A stretch of 32,000 nt of DNA from Prochlorococcus marinus subsp. pastoris str. CCMP1986 (GTDB lineage Bacteria > Cyanobacteriota > Cyanobacteriia > PCC-6307 > Cyanobiaceae). The position numbers and the translations under genes are program-made. A model generated the notes under the pieces. That model worked only from the letters and a program-made list of their open reading frames with translations, made no database searches and was not told the origin of the DNA. Location of the stretch: NCBI RefSeq assembly GCF_000011465.1, contig NC_005072.1:870001-902000 (forward strand), read 5' to 3'. Shown piece by piece: positions 8,050 to 18,187 of the stretch. Numbering within the stretch: position 1 is the stretch's first letter; every line of letters starts with the position of its first letter.

Positions 8050-9432
8050 TTAATTTAATAATTTCAAAAGATCATTAATATGAGATTCACTTGTATTGTA
8101 ATTCCCAAAAACTGCTCTTAGGTAATATCTATTTTTAAATAGAGGCCTAGAAATCATAAAGTTCTTTTTAAGAAGATTTGTTCTTTTATTTAAAGTCCAG
8201 GAATCTGATTCGTTTTTATTCATACCCTTTGGTAAAAAGGAAATTATATGCAAAGGACCAGAATATAAATCATATTTGTATGTATCTAAATTATTCTCGA
8301 AGAATATTCTTCTCTTAATTGATGAATTTAATACATCCTCTATTCCTCGCATTCCCAGAAATCGCAAACCTAACCATAGTTTGATAATTTCAGCGGGTCT
8401 AGAACCTTGTATTCCTAGTTCACCTCTATTAAAGAAATTGTTTTCATTAGAAACGTAAGGTAACCCTGTAGAAAATGTATTTTTAAGAATTTCAATATTT
8501 GAAACTATTAAAAGGGATGAAGTTTTTGTAATTCCAAGTATTTTTTGTGGATTAATAGTTATTGAATTCGCGAGATGAACATTAATAATTCCATTGATCG
8601 GTATATTAGTAATTGAAAAAATGCCTCCTATGGATCCGTCAATGTGTAGCCAAATATTTCTTTCATTACAAAATTTACTGATTTTATCAATTGGGTCTAT
8701 TGCTCCACGAACTGTTGTACCAAGAGTGGCGATAATAGCAAATATTCTTTTACCTTCAATAGAACATTTATCAACAGTCTTTTTAAGGTCAATCATATCC
8801 ATACATCCATTTTTATCTGTTTTGACTTTAATTAAATTATTTTTTTCAAGACCCATAATTCTAGTACATTTTTCAAATGATGAATGAGCATCTTCGCTAA
8901 TTAAATAAACGGCCTTTGGATTAGTTTCAAGTCCGGCATAGTTTCTTGCTGTGACCAACGCATTTAAATTACTTAAAGTCCCGCCACTGGCTGCAACGCC
9001 ACCTGCTAAATCCGAAAAACCTAGTTTTATTGAAAACCACTTGCAAATTGATTCCTCAAGAAGAGAAATACTTGGTGATAATTCATGTGCGAGAAGATTA
9101 TTATTTAAGCCAGCAGCAATTAAATCCCCCAAAATAGAAATAATTAATGGTGGAGGGTCTAGATGAGCAAGGGAACCTGGATGTACTGGATTAAAAGAAT
9201 TATAAATAAGACTTTCAATCTCAGAGAATAAAACATCAAAAGACTTTCCCTGTTCTCCTGGAACTGAACATACAAAGTTACTATCGATGGGTATAGGACC
9301 TAATTTATCTGAATCTGAAAACCATTTGCATATGATCTCAGAAGTTCGGTTGAGAAGTATAAGCAAACTTTCGTTACTTCCAGAAGATGTTGGAAATAGA
9401 TTGTTTTGATTATTAATTGAATCAGAAGTCAT
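8050..9432 (-). CDS. Pyridoxal-dependent group II decarboxylase family protein
   Basis: NPVHPGSLAHLDPPPL, GGVAASGGTLSNLNALVTARN, LWLHIDGSIGG-like stretch (IWLHIDGSIGG), ITINPQKILGITKTSSLL (PLP lysine region). Confidence 0.88.
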   Translation of the reverse strand: MTSDSINNQNNLFPTSSGSNESLLILLNRTSEIICKWFSDSDKLGPIPIDSNFVCSVPGEQGKSFDVLFSEIESLIYNSFNPVHPGSLAHLDPPPLIISILGDLIAAGLNNNLLAHELSPSISLLEESICKWFSIKLGFSDLAGGVAASGGTLSNLNALVTARNYAGLETNPKAVYLISEDAHSSFEKCTRIMGLEKNNLIKVKTDKNGCMDMIDLKKTVDKCSIEGKRIFAIIATLGTTVRGAIDPIDKISKFCNERNIWLHIDGSIGGIFSITNIPINGIINVHLANSITINPQKILGITKTSSLLIVSNIEILKNTFSTGLPYVSNENNFFNRGELGIQGSRPAEIIKLWLGLRFLGMRGIEDVLNSSIKRRIFFENNLDTYKYDLYSGPLHIISFLPKGMNKNESDSWTLNKRTNLLKKNFMISRPLFKNRYYLRAVFGNYNTSESHINDLLKLLN

Positions 9433-9465
9433 TCTTTAAAATAAATATTAATTAGGTTATTTATA

Positions 9466-9993
9466 ATGCTTATAAAAAAAAACGTAATTGATAAAATGAA
9501 CCAAAAAACTATAAATCGGCATAGAAAAATTGAGCACTTAGATTATCTTAAATGGATGAAATTCATTTTACGAAGATCAGAGGAAGTAGGTAAGGTTGAA
9601 TTACCAATTACAGCAGTAATAATAGATGAGAATGGAAGATGTATTGGTAGAGGAAGTAATAAAAGAGAAATTAACAATGACCCTTTAGGACATGCAGAAT
9701 TAATAGCTCTTAGACAAGCTTCATGGATTAAAAATGATTGGCGATTCAATGAATGCAGCATAATTGTAAATTTAGAGCCTTGTACAATGTGTGCTGCGGC
9801 ATTAGTTCAAGCAAGAATGGGTCAAGTTATATATGGTACAAAAGATGATAAAAGAGGCGGATTCGGAGGCACTATTGATTTATCTAAGCATGAAAGCGCA
9901 CATCATAAAATGAAAGTAGTAGGAGGAGTTTTAAATCAGGATTGTAAAAATAATATTAAGTTATGGTTTAAAAAGATGAGGAATCAAAAATAG
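9466..9993 (+). CDS. tadA: tRNA-specific adenosine deaminase
   Basis: HAELIALRQAS ... LEPCTMCAAALVQARMGQVIYGTKDDKRGGFGG: HAE and PCxxC zinc/deaminase motifs. Start could also be 9496. Confidence 0.92.
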   Translation: MLIKKNVIDKMNQKTINRHRKIEHLDYLKWMKFILRRSEEVGKVELPITAVIIDENGRCIGRGSNKREINNDPLGHAELIALRQASWIKNDWRFNECSIIVNLEPCTMCAAALVQARMGQVIYGTKDDKRGGFGGTIDLSKHESAHHKMKVVGGVLNQDCKNNIKLWFKKMRNQK

Positions 9994-11152
9994 AAAACTT
10001 CTTTAATTCTGTATCAAATAAATTTAATAATCGATCAACATTCTCTTCATTAGAGTTAAACCCCATTAATCCAATACGCCAAACCTTACCAGACAATGCA
10101 CCTAGTCCATTTCCTATTTCAATACCAAAATTTTTCAAAAGATGATTTCTATATGCGTCTCCATCTACTGCGGGAGGAATTTTCACTGTTGTCAGAGTAG
10201 GTAACCTAAATTCACTGGAAACATGTAGGTCCATTCCTAAACTTTCTAATCCCTTCCATAATTTGATTGCATTAGAATTATGTCTTCTCCAAATATTTTC
10301 TAAGCCTTCATTAGCGATTAAGCGCAAACCCTCTCTTATTGCAAAATTCATATTCACTGGAGCAGTATGATGGTAAACACGATCAGATCCCCAATATCTA
10401 TTCAATAAGGATAAATCTAAGTACCAATTTGGAACTTTAGAAGTTCTTGCACTAAGTTTATCTTCTGCACGTTTGTTCATTGTGAAAGGACTAAGTCCAG
10501 GAGGGCAACTTAGACCTTTTTGGCTACAACTATAAGCAAGATCAATTTTCCAATCATCAATAAAAAGTTCTAGAGCACCTAATGATGTGACAGCATCAAC
10601 TAAAAACAAACAATTATTCTTTCTGCATAAATCACCTATCCCTTCAAGAGGTTGTAATACCCCAGTTGATGTCTCAGCGTGGACAATAGCAAATATTACA
10701 GGTTTTTTAGTTTCTATTTCATATTTTATTTCTTCAAAAGTAAACGCTTCTCCCCATTCTTTTTCAATTACTGAAACGTCCGCATTATATCTCGATGCCA
10801 TATCAACCAAACGATCCCCAAAATATCCTTTTTTTGCGATTAGAATTTTTTCTCCAGGCTCTATAAAATTAGCAATAGATGCTTCCATAGCTGCGCTACC
10901 TGTACCACTCATAGGTAGAGTTATTCGATTATTACATTGCCATGTATATCTAAGTAATTTTTGTACCTCGGACATTAACTCTATATATGCCTCATCTAAA
11001 TGCCCAATTGGATTAAGTGCTAAAGCCTTAAGGACTTCGGGATTAGCATTTGAAGGACCAGGTCCTAATAAAAGTCTTGAAGGAACATAAGTTTTATCGA
11101 GATGAGGTAGATTCTCTTTATTTAAAGTTGAAATGAGTTTTGTTTCGGTCAA
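9968..11152 (-). CDS. Alanine-glyoxylate / serine-glyoxylate type aminotransferase
   Basis: LLLGPGPSNANPEVLKAL, SGTGSAAMEASIANFIEPGEKIL, AIVHAETSTGVLQPLEGI, SCSQKGLSCPPGLSPFT (PLP lysine). Confidence 0.9.
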   Translation of the reverse strand: MTETKLISTLNKENLPHLDKTYVPSRLLLGPGPSNANPEVLKALALNPIGHLDEAYIELMSEVQKLLRYTWQCNNRITLPMSGTGSAAMEASIANFIEPGEKILIAKKGYFGDRLVDMASRYNADVSVIEKEWGEAFTFEEIKYEIETKKPVIFAIVHAETSTGVLQPLEGIGDLCRKNNCLFLVDAVTSLGALELFIDDWKIDLAYSCSQKGLSCPPGLSPFTMNKRAEDKLSARTSKVPNWYLDLSLLNRYWGSDRVYHHTAPVNMNFAIREGLRLIANEGLENIWRRHNSNAIKLWKGLESLGMDLHVSSEFRLPTLTTVKIPPAVDGDAYRNHLLKNFGIEIGNGLGALSGKVWRIGLMGFNSNEENVDRLLNLFDTELKKFSIFDSSSF

Positions 11153-11302
11153 AAACTTTTAAAGCATTACTTTTAAATTAAACTAATTTACCTACTAAAG
11201 CGAAGAATGTTTAAAGAAATTCATCCAATTTAAATATTTAAGTTAACAATTGGTAAACATATAACTTGAAATACTCAAAGAACCCAGCAAGTGTTGAAAA
11301 AA

Positions 11303-11344
11303 GTTACCTTTGATACATAATTAGATTCGTCAAGTTATTAATTT
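11303..11344 (+). promoter_or_regulatory. Candidate NtcA-activated promoter of glnA
   Basis: GTT(11303-11305)-N8-TAC(11314-11316), then 22 nt, then TAATTT (11339-11344): GTTN8TAC-N22-TAN3T, one base off the GTAN8TAC consensus; 22 nt between the -10-like box and the ATG. Confidence 0.7.
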
Positions 11345-11366
11345 TATTGGAGGTATAAATAAAGTA

Positions 11367-12788
11367 ATGGCCAAGTCTCCCCAAGACGTTTTAAGTCAGA
11401 TTAAGGATGAAGGAATTGAACTCATCGATCTAAAATTCACTGACATTCATGGTAAATGGCAACATCTAACCTTGACATCTGACATGATTGAGGAAGAATC
11501 ATTCACTGAAGGTCTTGCCTTTGATGGATCATCTATAAGAGGTTGGAAAGCGATTAACGCATCTGACATGTCTATGGTTCCAGATTCAAGTACCGCATGG
11601 ATAGATCCTTTTTATAAACATAAAACCTTAAGCATGATTTGCTCTATTCAAGAGCCAAGAAGTGGAGAACCCTATAATAGGTGCCCAAGATCATTAGCTC
11701 AAAAGGCATTAAAATATTTAGATTCCACAGGTATAGCGGATACTGCATTTTTTGGACCAGAGCCAGAATTCTTCTTATTCGATGATGTTAGATATGACTC
11801 TAAAGAAGGAAGTTGTTTTTATAGTGTAGATACTATTGAAGCTCCCTGGAATACTGGTCGAACAGAAGAAGGTGGAAACCTAGGTTATAAAATTCAATAC
11901 AAAGAGGGCTATTTCCCTGTTGCTCCTAATGACACCGCACAAGACATAAGGTCTGAAATGTTATTGCAAATGGCTGAATTAGGAATTCCAACTGAGAAGC
12001 ATCATCATGAAGTCGCTGGAGCAGGACAACATGAACTTGGTATAAAATTTGATTCCTTAATTAGCTCCGCTGATAGTGTTATGACATACAAATATGTTGT
12101 AAGAAACGTAGCCAAAAAATATGGGAAAACAGCAACATTTATGCCTAAACCTGTATTTAACGATAATGGAACAGGCATGCATGTTCATCAGAGTTTATGG
12201 GAAAGTGGTCAACCTCTATTCTATGGCGAAGGATCATATGCAAATCTATCTCAGACAGCAAGGTGGTATATCGGAGGTATTTTAAAACACGCTCCATCAT
12301 TCCTAGCATTTACTAATCCAACAACTAATAGCTATAAAAGATTAATTCCAGGTTTTGAAGCTCCGGTAAATCTAGTTTACTCAGAGGGTAATAGATCAGC
12401 AGCTGTAAGAATCCCTTTAACTGGACCTAATCCAAAAGCTAAAAGATTAGAATTTAGATCAGGTGATGCACTTGCTAACCCTTATTTAGCATTTTCTGTA
12501 ATGATGCTAGCTGGTATTGATGGTATTAAGAATCAAATTGATCCTGGTGATGGAGTTGATGTTGACTTATTTGAATTACCAGCAGAAGAGCTATCAAAAA
12601 TAGATACAGTTCCGTCATCTCTTAACGATTCACTAAATGCACTTAAAGCAGATAAAGATTATTTATTAGCTGGAGGGGTATTCACAGAAGATTTTATTGA
12701 TAATTTTATCGATATGAAGTACGAAGAGGTTCAACAATTAAGGCAGAGGCCCCACCCTCATGAATTTTTTATGTACTATGACGCTTAA
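11367..12788 (+). CDS. glnA: Glutamine synthetase type I
   Basis: [88 protein letters not shown]. Confidence 0.98.
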   Translation: MAKSPQDVLSQIKDEGIELIDLKFTDIHGKWQHLTLTSDMIEEESFTEGLAFDGSSIRGWKAINASDMSMVPDSSTAWIDPFYKHKTLSMICSIQEPRSGEPYNRCPRSLAQKALKYLDSTGIADTAFFGPEPEFFLFDDVRYDSKEGSCFYSVDTIEAPWNTGRTEEGGNLGYKIQYKEGYFPVAPNDTAQDIRSEMLLQMAELGIPTEKHHHEVAGAGQHELGIKFDSLISSADSVMTYKYVVRNVAKKYGKTATFMPKPVFNDNGTGMHVHQSLWESGQPLFYGEGSYANLSQTARWYIGGILKHAPSFLAFTNPTTNSYKRLIPGFEAPVNLVYSEGNRSAAVRIPLTGPNPKAKRLEFRSGDALANPYLAFSVMMLAGIDGIKNQIDPGDGVDVDLFELPAEELSKIDTVPSSLNDSLNALKADKDYLLAGGVFTEDFIDNFIDMKYEEVQQLRQRPHPHEFFMYYDA

Positions 12789-12824
12789 GTCAAAGTAAGA
12801 AATTTAAAAATTTTAAAAGATCTT

Positions 12825-12867
12825 TTTGAGATTTATCACAAATAATTCTCAAATTGATTTTTTTTTT
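12825..12867 (+). terminator. Candidate Rho-independent terminator downstream of glnA
   Basis: TTTGAGA(12825-12831)...TCTCAAA(12847-12853) stem, extended by a T-T mismatch plus 4 inner pairs (TTAT/ATAA) around loop CACAA, followed by a 10-T run at 12858-12867. Confidence 0.6.
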
Positions 12868-12896
12868 GTTGGAATATATTTAATTAACAATAAAAA

Positions 12897-13952
12897 ATGG
12901 TAAAAGAACAAATTTCAAAAATTGCATATAAAACACTTCAACAAGGAAAAAGTATCGCTGGATTAGCTCATAAAGAATTAAGTACAAGAATCATGAATTT
13001 CGTACTACCGGATAATAAGCTTGGTAATCTTACAATAGATAAAAAACTTTTGGTCGATATCCAAAATTCAATGGATCGTCTCAGAGAAGAAGATTGGAAT
13101 GATGCAGAAAAAAATATATATCCTCAGAAATTATTATTTGATGAACCTTGGCTGAGATATTTAACCCAATATCCAAAAATTTGGCTGGATATGCCAAACA
13201 CATGGGACCGAAGAAGAAAACAAAATTATAAAGATCTTCCTAAAAATATAGAGAATGAAAACTACCCAAAGTATTACTTAAGAAATTTTCACCATCAGAC
13301 AGACGGTTATCTTTCTGATTTTTCGGCGAGTATTTATGATTTACAAGTAGAAATTCTTTTTAATGGAAGTGCCGATGCCATGAGAAGAAGAATAATTAAA
13401 CCCCTTAAGGAAGGATTAAATAATTTTGGTAATAGAAAAAAAAGTTCATTAAAAATTCTTGATGTTGCTACAGGTTCTGGTAGAACACTTAAACAGCTAA
13501 GAGGTGCATTCCCTAAAGAAAAAATTATAGGGCTTGATTTGTCTGGATCATACTTAAAAGAAGCTAGTAGATTTATTTCAAATCTAAATGGTGATTTAAT
13601 AGAATTGATTAAAGGTAATGCTGAAAATTTACCATTTGAAGATAATAGTATTCAAGGAATTACATGTGTTTATTTATTCCATGAATTACCTAGAACAGTA
13701 AGAGAAAATGTCTTAAAAGAATTCTTCAGAGTACTTGAACCGGATGGAATATTAATTCTTGCTGATTCAATACAAGAGAATGATTCACCTGATTTTATTC
13801 AGATAATGGAAAATTTTTATAAATCATTCCATGAACCCTTTTATTGTGATTACATCAAAGAAGATATAACTTCTAAAATAAAAGATATAGGTTTTAATAA
13901 CATAAAATCAAATTCATTTTTCATGACTAAAGTATGGTCTGCTATAAAATGA
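12897..13952 (+). CDS. Class I SAM-dependent methyltransferase
   Basis: KILDVATGSGRTLKQLRGAFPKEKIIGLDLSGSYLKEA ... GNAENLPFEDNSIQGITCVYLFHELP ... RVLEPDGILILADS. Confidence 0.92.
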   Translation: MVKEQISKIAYKTLQQGKSIAGLAHKELSTRIMNFVLPDNKLGNLTIDKKLLVDIQNSMDRLREEDWNDAEKNIYPQKLLFDEPWLRYLTQYPKIWLDMPNTWDRRRKQNYKDLPKNIENENYPKYYLRNFHHQTDGYLSDFSASIYDLQVEILFNGSADAMRRRIIKPLKEGLNNFGNRKKSSLKILDVATGSGRTLKQLRGAFPKEKIIGLDLSGSYLKEASRFISNLNGDLIELIKGNAENLPFEDNSIQGITCVYLFHELPRTVRENVLKEFFRVLEPDGILILADSIQENDSPDFIQIMENFYKSFHEPFYCDYIKEDITSKIKDIGFNNIKSNSFFMTKVWSAIK

Positions 13953-13972
13953 AGAAATAATAAATAACTACT

Positions 13973-14227
13973 ATGGATAATCTGGATGAAGATACTATTC
14001 AACTTGCCCAAAAACTTAATAATAAGTTAAAAATAGATCACCTAGATTGGCACAAACTAAAGGGGAAAAAATTAAATAGATCAGCAGAACTTATATCAGC
14101 CGCATTATGCCAATTACTAATTTCAGAGAATGAGAAGGATACCATAAAATATTTGGAAGAAAGTTTAAAATGGTTAAAAGGAATTAATGTAGACAGTCCA
14201 TGTCCAAGTAAACATTCATCTTTTTAA
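13973..14227 (+). CDS. Conserved small hypothetical protein, DUF6439-like
   Basis: 84 aa ORF DTIQLAQKLNNKLKIDHLDWHKLKGKKLNRSAELISAALCQLL, recognised as a cyanobacterial small protein family; compact spacing with neighbours. Confidence 0.65.
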   Translation: MDNLDEDTIQLAQKLNNKLKIDHLDWHKLKGKKLNRSAELISAALCQLLISENEKDTIKYLEESLKWLKGINVDSPCPSKHSSF

Positions 14228-14659
14228 GGCTAATTGGAGCCGATTACCCTTATTACTCCATCTAATATCATCGAAACATTCATTTATTATATAAAGACCC
14301 CGCCCATTAAATGAAGTAAATTTTTTAGGTAATTTATATAATCTTTTTTTTATTTCTAAACCATTACCTTGATCTTGAATTTGCCATACACACCAGTTAG
14401 GAGTAATGATTCTTCGAACTCTAATCGATTTATTAGGATCTAGTTTGTTGCCATGCGTAACCGCATTTATAAGTGCTTCATGTAAACCTAGTTTTATGTT
14501 GTAGCTGTATTGAGAAGTATTTAAAGGTTCTAACAATAAATCAACAAAATCATTTAATTGTAGTGAAGAATTTAATTCAAAATTAGACCAGTTAATTGCT
14601 GGTTTATTAAGTAAATCAATAATAAAATTTAAAAGAATTTTGCCCTGAAAAAAGGACAT
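14216..14659 (-). CDS. Anti-sigma regulatory factor / serine-protein kinase-like ATPase (RsbW-like HATPase)
   Basis: KLGLHEALINAVTHGNKLDPNKSIRVRR ... WQIQDQGNGLEIKKR ... SFNGRGLYIINECFDDIRW: N, G1 and G2 boxes of HATPase_c. Confidence 0.85.
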   Translation of the reverse strand: MSFFQGKILLNFIIDLLNKPAINWSNFELNSSLQLNDFVDLLLEPLNTSQYSYNIKLGLHEALINAVTHGNKLDPNKSIRVRRIITPNWCVWQIQDQGNGLEIKKRLYKLPKKFTSFNGRGLYIINECFDDIRWSNKGNRLQLALKR

Positions 14660-14708
14660 AACTTTATATCTATATTAAGAATATTTTAGCTTATCAAATA
14701 GCTCTAGA

Positions 14709-15443
14709 TCAAAGAATATTATTATGCCTCAATGAAATTGCTGGATGTCTGAGAATTGAATCCATAAGTCTTACTCCCCTAAGTTGATTAATTAATGGCA
14801 TATGTCCTTCAGGAGCTTCTAATGACCAACTAAATGAACTTGGATATCTAGTCCAATATCCATCTTTTTTCCATCCTATCTTTGGCCATAACAATTCATA
14901 TTTTTTTCCAACTGACTTAAGAAGTTTAGCTTGTATAGAAAAACCAAACCTGCCATTTGAATAAATTGTCCATAATCTATCAATCGTTTGAAGATCAGTG
15001 CCTGACATATTATTGACCTCACTATAAAAAACATAACCACGATTTTCAGCAAGCTTACCAGCTAGTTTTCTTAAATATGAACTGGTTAATCTATCAGCAT
15101 CCTCAAAGTTTTGTTCTAATAACCTCAACTGTAGTTCTTCATAGTTAATATCTTTATCTGAAGAAGTAAAAAACCAATTATTGTATTTTTTATCATTAAA
15201 AAAAATTGGTTTATGTTTTTTTAATACTTGAAGTAACCAACCAGCAGCCCAATCATCTCCTTTCTGATCAAAATCATCAAATATTTTCTTTCCAATCAAA
15301 AATATGTTTTCGACATCTGATTCAATATCAGATAATAAATTTATTCTTTTCCGTTGATTTGATTTTACAAAAATATTAACTAAATTTAATGTACTCTTAT
15401 AATGGTCTTCTTGATCTTTGTTTGTCATTTCTAATAAATCCAT
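14709..15443 (-). CDS. gun4: GUN4 domain protein (Mg-chelatase / tetrapyrrole regulator)
   Basis: LQTIDRLWTIYSNGRFGFSIQAKLLKSVGKKYELLWPKIGWKKDGYWTRYPSSFSWSLEAPEGHMPLINQLRGVRLMDSILRHPAI. Confidence 0.88.
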   Translation of the reverse strand: MDLLEMTNKDQEDHYKSTLNLVNIFVKSNQRKRINLLSDIESDVENIFLIGKKIFDDFDQKGDDWAAGWLLQVLKKHKPIFFNDKKYNNWFFTSSDKDINYEELQLRLLEQNFEDADRLTSSYLRKLAGKLAENRGYVFYSEVNNMSGTDLQTIDRLWTIYSNGRFGFSIQAKLLKSVGKKYELLWPKIGWKKDGYWTRYPSSFSWSLEAPEGHMPLINQLRGVRLMDSILRHPAISLRHNNIL

Positions 15444-15462
15444 TTAATTTTTAAAACTATCC

Positions 15463-16515
15463 ATGAACTCCAGAAAAGAAGAACTAGAGAAATTCAGGAA
15501 GTTAAATGGCCCACTTATTGATGTTAGGAGTCCAGGAGAATATTATAAAGGACATATGCCAAATTCTATAAATATTCCGTTATTTGATAATGAAGAGAGA
15601 TCGATAGTAGGAACTGTATATAAAAATTACGGTAGACAAGAGGCAGTAATAAAAGGTTTGGAATTTTTAGCCGTAAAAATTGAAAATATTATTAATAAGT
15701 TATTTGAAGTTATAAATGATCATCAATTGACAAGTCATAATTCACAATTTAGTGATCCCACCTTAAAAATCTACTGTGCCAGGGGTGGAATGAGATCTCA
15801 AAGTTTATGCTGGCTTTTAGAAAAATACAATCATAGAAGTGTTACTTTAAAAAATGGCTATAAAAGCTACAGAAAATGGACTTTAGATAGCTTTAATAAA
15901 AAATGGGAAATAGTTGTTATGGGAGGAAAAACTGGAACTGGTAAAACTAAAATATTAAAATTACTTCGTGATAATAATTATCAGATCATTGATTTAGAAG
16001 GGTTAGCTGGCCATAGAGGAAGTACTTTTGGCGGACTAGGCATGAAAGCACAACCTTCAAATGAACAATTTGAAAATACCATCGCAGAGGAATTAAAAGG
16101 TTTTATAAAAAATAAGAAAATATTCGTCGAAGCTGAAAGTGCAAATATTGGAAAATGTAAAATACCTCATGAGTTTTTTAGTCAAATGAAATCAGCAGAG
16201 AGAATTGAAATAAAAAAAAGTGAATCAAATCGTTTAGAGGAATTAATTAAAACATATAGTATTTTTGAAGAAAAAGATCTTATAGAAGCTGTTTTAAGAA
16301 TAAAGAAAAGATTAGGTCCACAAAGAACAACAATTGCAATCGAGTCAATTAAAAATAAAGATTGGAAATCGGTTTGTAAGTCTGTTTTAGAATATTATGA
16401 TAAGTGCTATGACTATGAAAAAACAGGGGCAAGTAATATTAAAATATTAGATATGACAGATATCTTTGACGATCAAACAACATTGAGATTAATAAATGAA
16501 TATATGAAATCATAA
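15463..16515 (+). CDS. mnmH: tRNA 2-selenouridine/geranyl-2-thiouridine synthase
   Basis: Rhodanese half (PLIDVRSPGEYYKGHMPNSINIPLFDNEER ... YCARGGMRSQSLCWLL) followed by P-loop GGKTGTGKTKIL and LEGLAGHRGSTFGGLG. Confidence 0.92.
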   Translation: MNSRKEELEKFRKLNGPLIDVRSPGEYYKGHMPNSINIPLFDNEERSIVGTVYKNYGRQEAVIKGLEFLAVKIENIINKLFEVINDHQLTSHNSQFSDPTLKIYCARGGMRSQSLCWLLEKYNHRSVTLKNGYKSYRKWTLDSFNKKWEIVVMGGKTGTGKTKILKLLRDNNYQIIDLEGLAGHRGSTFGGLGMKAQPSNEQFENTIAEELKGFIKNKKIFVEAESANIGKCKIPHEFFSQMKSAERIEIKKSESNRLEELIKTYSIFEEKDLIEAVLRIKKRLGPQRTTIAIESIKNKDWKSVCKSVLEYYDKCYDYEKTGASNIKILDMTDIFDDQTTLRLINEYMKS

Positions 16516-16570
16516 ATTTTAACGAAATATGCTTTTATTATCTACAATATAAATTAACTTTTAAACTATT

Positions 16571-16924
16571 ATGGCAGAAAATAACTTAGCAAAAATTCAA
16601 TTTTATGAAGGAACTGATGAACCAGTTGTTCCAGAAATTAGATTAACGAGAGGTAATGATGGAACTACTGGACAAGCAATATTTATATTTGAAAAACCTC
16701 AAGCATTATCTTCAGTTGCAGATGGTGAGATTACAGGAATGAGAATGATTGATGCCGAAGGAGAAATATTAACCAGAGAAGTTAAAGTCAAATTTGTTGA
16801 TGGTGAACCAATGTTTTTAGAGGGAACCTATATATGGAAAACCAAATCTGATTTTGATAGATTTATGAGGTTTGCTAATAGTTATGCCAAATCAAATGGA
16901 TTAGGATACTCTGAGAAGAAGTAA
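16571..16924 (+). CDS. psb28: Photosystem II assembly factor Psb28
   Basis: [40 protein letters not shown] ... [25 protein letters not shown]. Confidence 0.96.
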   Translation: MAENNLAKIQFYEGTDEPVVPEIRLTRGNDGTTGQAIFIFEKPQALSSVADGEITGMRMIDAEGEILTREVKVKFVDGEPMFLEGTYIWKTKSDFDRFMRFANSYAKSNGLGYSEKK

Positions 16925-16938
16925 ATAGATTATGAAAA

Positions 16939-17982
16939 TTGAATCGTTCCTTCTATTTTAAATTTTCTGTTGTAATAATAAGCTTTTTATTAGTATGGAC
17001 CTTGAGGGATTTCATTCTTTTAATTATTTGTTCATTAGTAATATCGAATGTAGTTAGTAATTTATGTTACCAAATACAAACCATTTTAAAATTACCAAGA
17101 TTTGTTTCCTTATTGATTGTTTTAGTTGGAATATCATTCATGATATTTGCTATTTCTATCATTGTATTACCCCCATTCATAAGAGAATTTAATGAAATAT
17201 TAATAGATATTCCAAATGGATTATCAAGAGTTAATGAATTGGTCAACTCTAACCTAAATAAATTTAACGATCTAATTTATGGTAAAGAATCTGAGAGGAT
17301 AGTAAACATTTTCGACCTTGTTAATGATGTAGTTCCAATTCCAGATGGCGCTACTATTGCCAAAGCAATTCAAGAAAGTTTTATAAATATAATTAATTTA
17401 GCTGGAAACCTCGGATCTGGATTTATAAGAGTAATCTTTGTATTAGTTGTAAGTTTTATGATATCCATTGAACCAAAAGCTTATAAAGAGGGAGTGCTCT
17501 TTATGATTCCTAAAGTTTATCGAAATAAATTCAGGATTATATTAGATAAGTGTAATATTGCATTAACAAATTGGACTTTTTCTATAGTGATAAGTTCAAT
17601 ATCAGTAGGTTTATTATCTTTAATAGTTTTATCAATTTTAGATGTTAAATATGTAGTTTCAAATGCAATTATAGCAATGATCTTAAACATAATTCCTAAC
17701 ATAGGACCAGTTTTAAGTGGAATATTTCCTATCTCAATCGCACTTTTAGATAACTTTTGGAAACCAGTAGCTGTTTTTGGGGCTTATATTGTAATTCAAA
17801 ATATAGAGAGTTATATAATAATGCCCTCTATATTGAAGAAGAAAACAAATTTACTTCCAGGATTAACATTAATATCTCAATTTGGATTTACTTTCATCTT
17901 TGGTCCTTTAGGATTAGTATTATCTTTGCCAATTGTAGTAGTAACACAAGTATTAATTAAAGAGCTAATTAATGATAATTAA
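16939..17982 (+). CDS. AI-2E family transporter (PerM/YdiK-like)
   Basis: Multi-TM protein; LPIVVVTQVLIKELI end, IAMILNIIPNIGPVLSGIFPISIALL and IQNIESYIIMPSILKKKTNLLPGLTLISQFGFTFIFGPLGLVLSLP. Confidence 0.9.
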   Translation: MNRSFYFKFSVVIISFLLVWTLRDFILLIICSLVISNVVSNLCYQIQTILKLPRFVSLLIVLVGISFMIFAISIIVLPPFIREFNEILIDIPNGLSRVNELVNSNLNKFNDLIYGKESERIVNIFDLVNDVVPIPDGATIAKAIQESFINIINLAGNLGSGFIRVIFVLVVSFMISIEPKAYKEGVLFMIPKVYRNKFRIILDKCNIALTNWTFSIVISSISVGLLSLIVLSILDVKYVVSNAIIAMILNIIPNIGPVLSGIFPISIALLDNFWKPVAVFGAYIVIQNIESYIIMPSILKKKTNLLPGLTLISQFGFTFIFGPLGLVLSLPIVVVTQVLIKELINDN

Positions 17983-17988
17983 AGACTT

Positions 17989-18171
17989 TTATTTAGTTAA
18001 TTTCCTATACAAATATGGATAAGAAAAAAGTACAAAGAAGGAAAGAGGATGTTTAGATAATGCAAAATATAAGGAATTAAATGTAAAATGATCTATTAGT
18101 ATTCTTAATTCTGTAGATAAATCAATTAACACTAAAGAAAATAGAAGAATTAGATAGTAATTTATTTTCAT
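17989..18171 (-). CDS. Small hypothetical membrane protein
   Basis: 60 aa ORF with hydrophobic segments filling the gap between the transporter stop and secF, consistent with the high coding density; no family recognised. Confidence 0.4.
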   Translation of the reverse strand: MKINYYLILLFSLVLIDLSTELRILIDHFTFNSLYFALSKHPLSFFVLFSYPYLYRKLTK

Positions 18172-18187
18172 TAAATTACTCCTTAGT

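Noticed and set aside
8276-9166. Plus-strand ORFs 8276..8458, 8594..8887, 8951..9166 within the decarboxylase
   Set aside because: Antisense to a well-supported PLP enzyme.
10587-11090. 167-aa plus-strand ORF across the aminotransferase gene
   Set aside because: Long but antisense to conserved aminotransferase sequence; Ser/Ala-rich translation without homology features.
12801-12820. AATTTAAAAATTTTAAAAG AT-rich near-palindrome after glnA
   Set aside because: Low-complexity A/T sequence expected by chance at this base composition; the adjacent hairpin with T-run is the better-supported signal.
17517-17960. ORFs 17517..17702 (-) and 17757..17960 (+) in the AI-2E transporter gene
   Set aside because: Overlap a continuous conserved membrane protein frame; the plus-strand one is an out-of-frame repeat-like translation.
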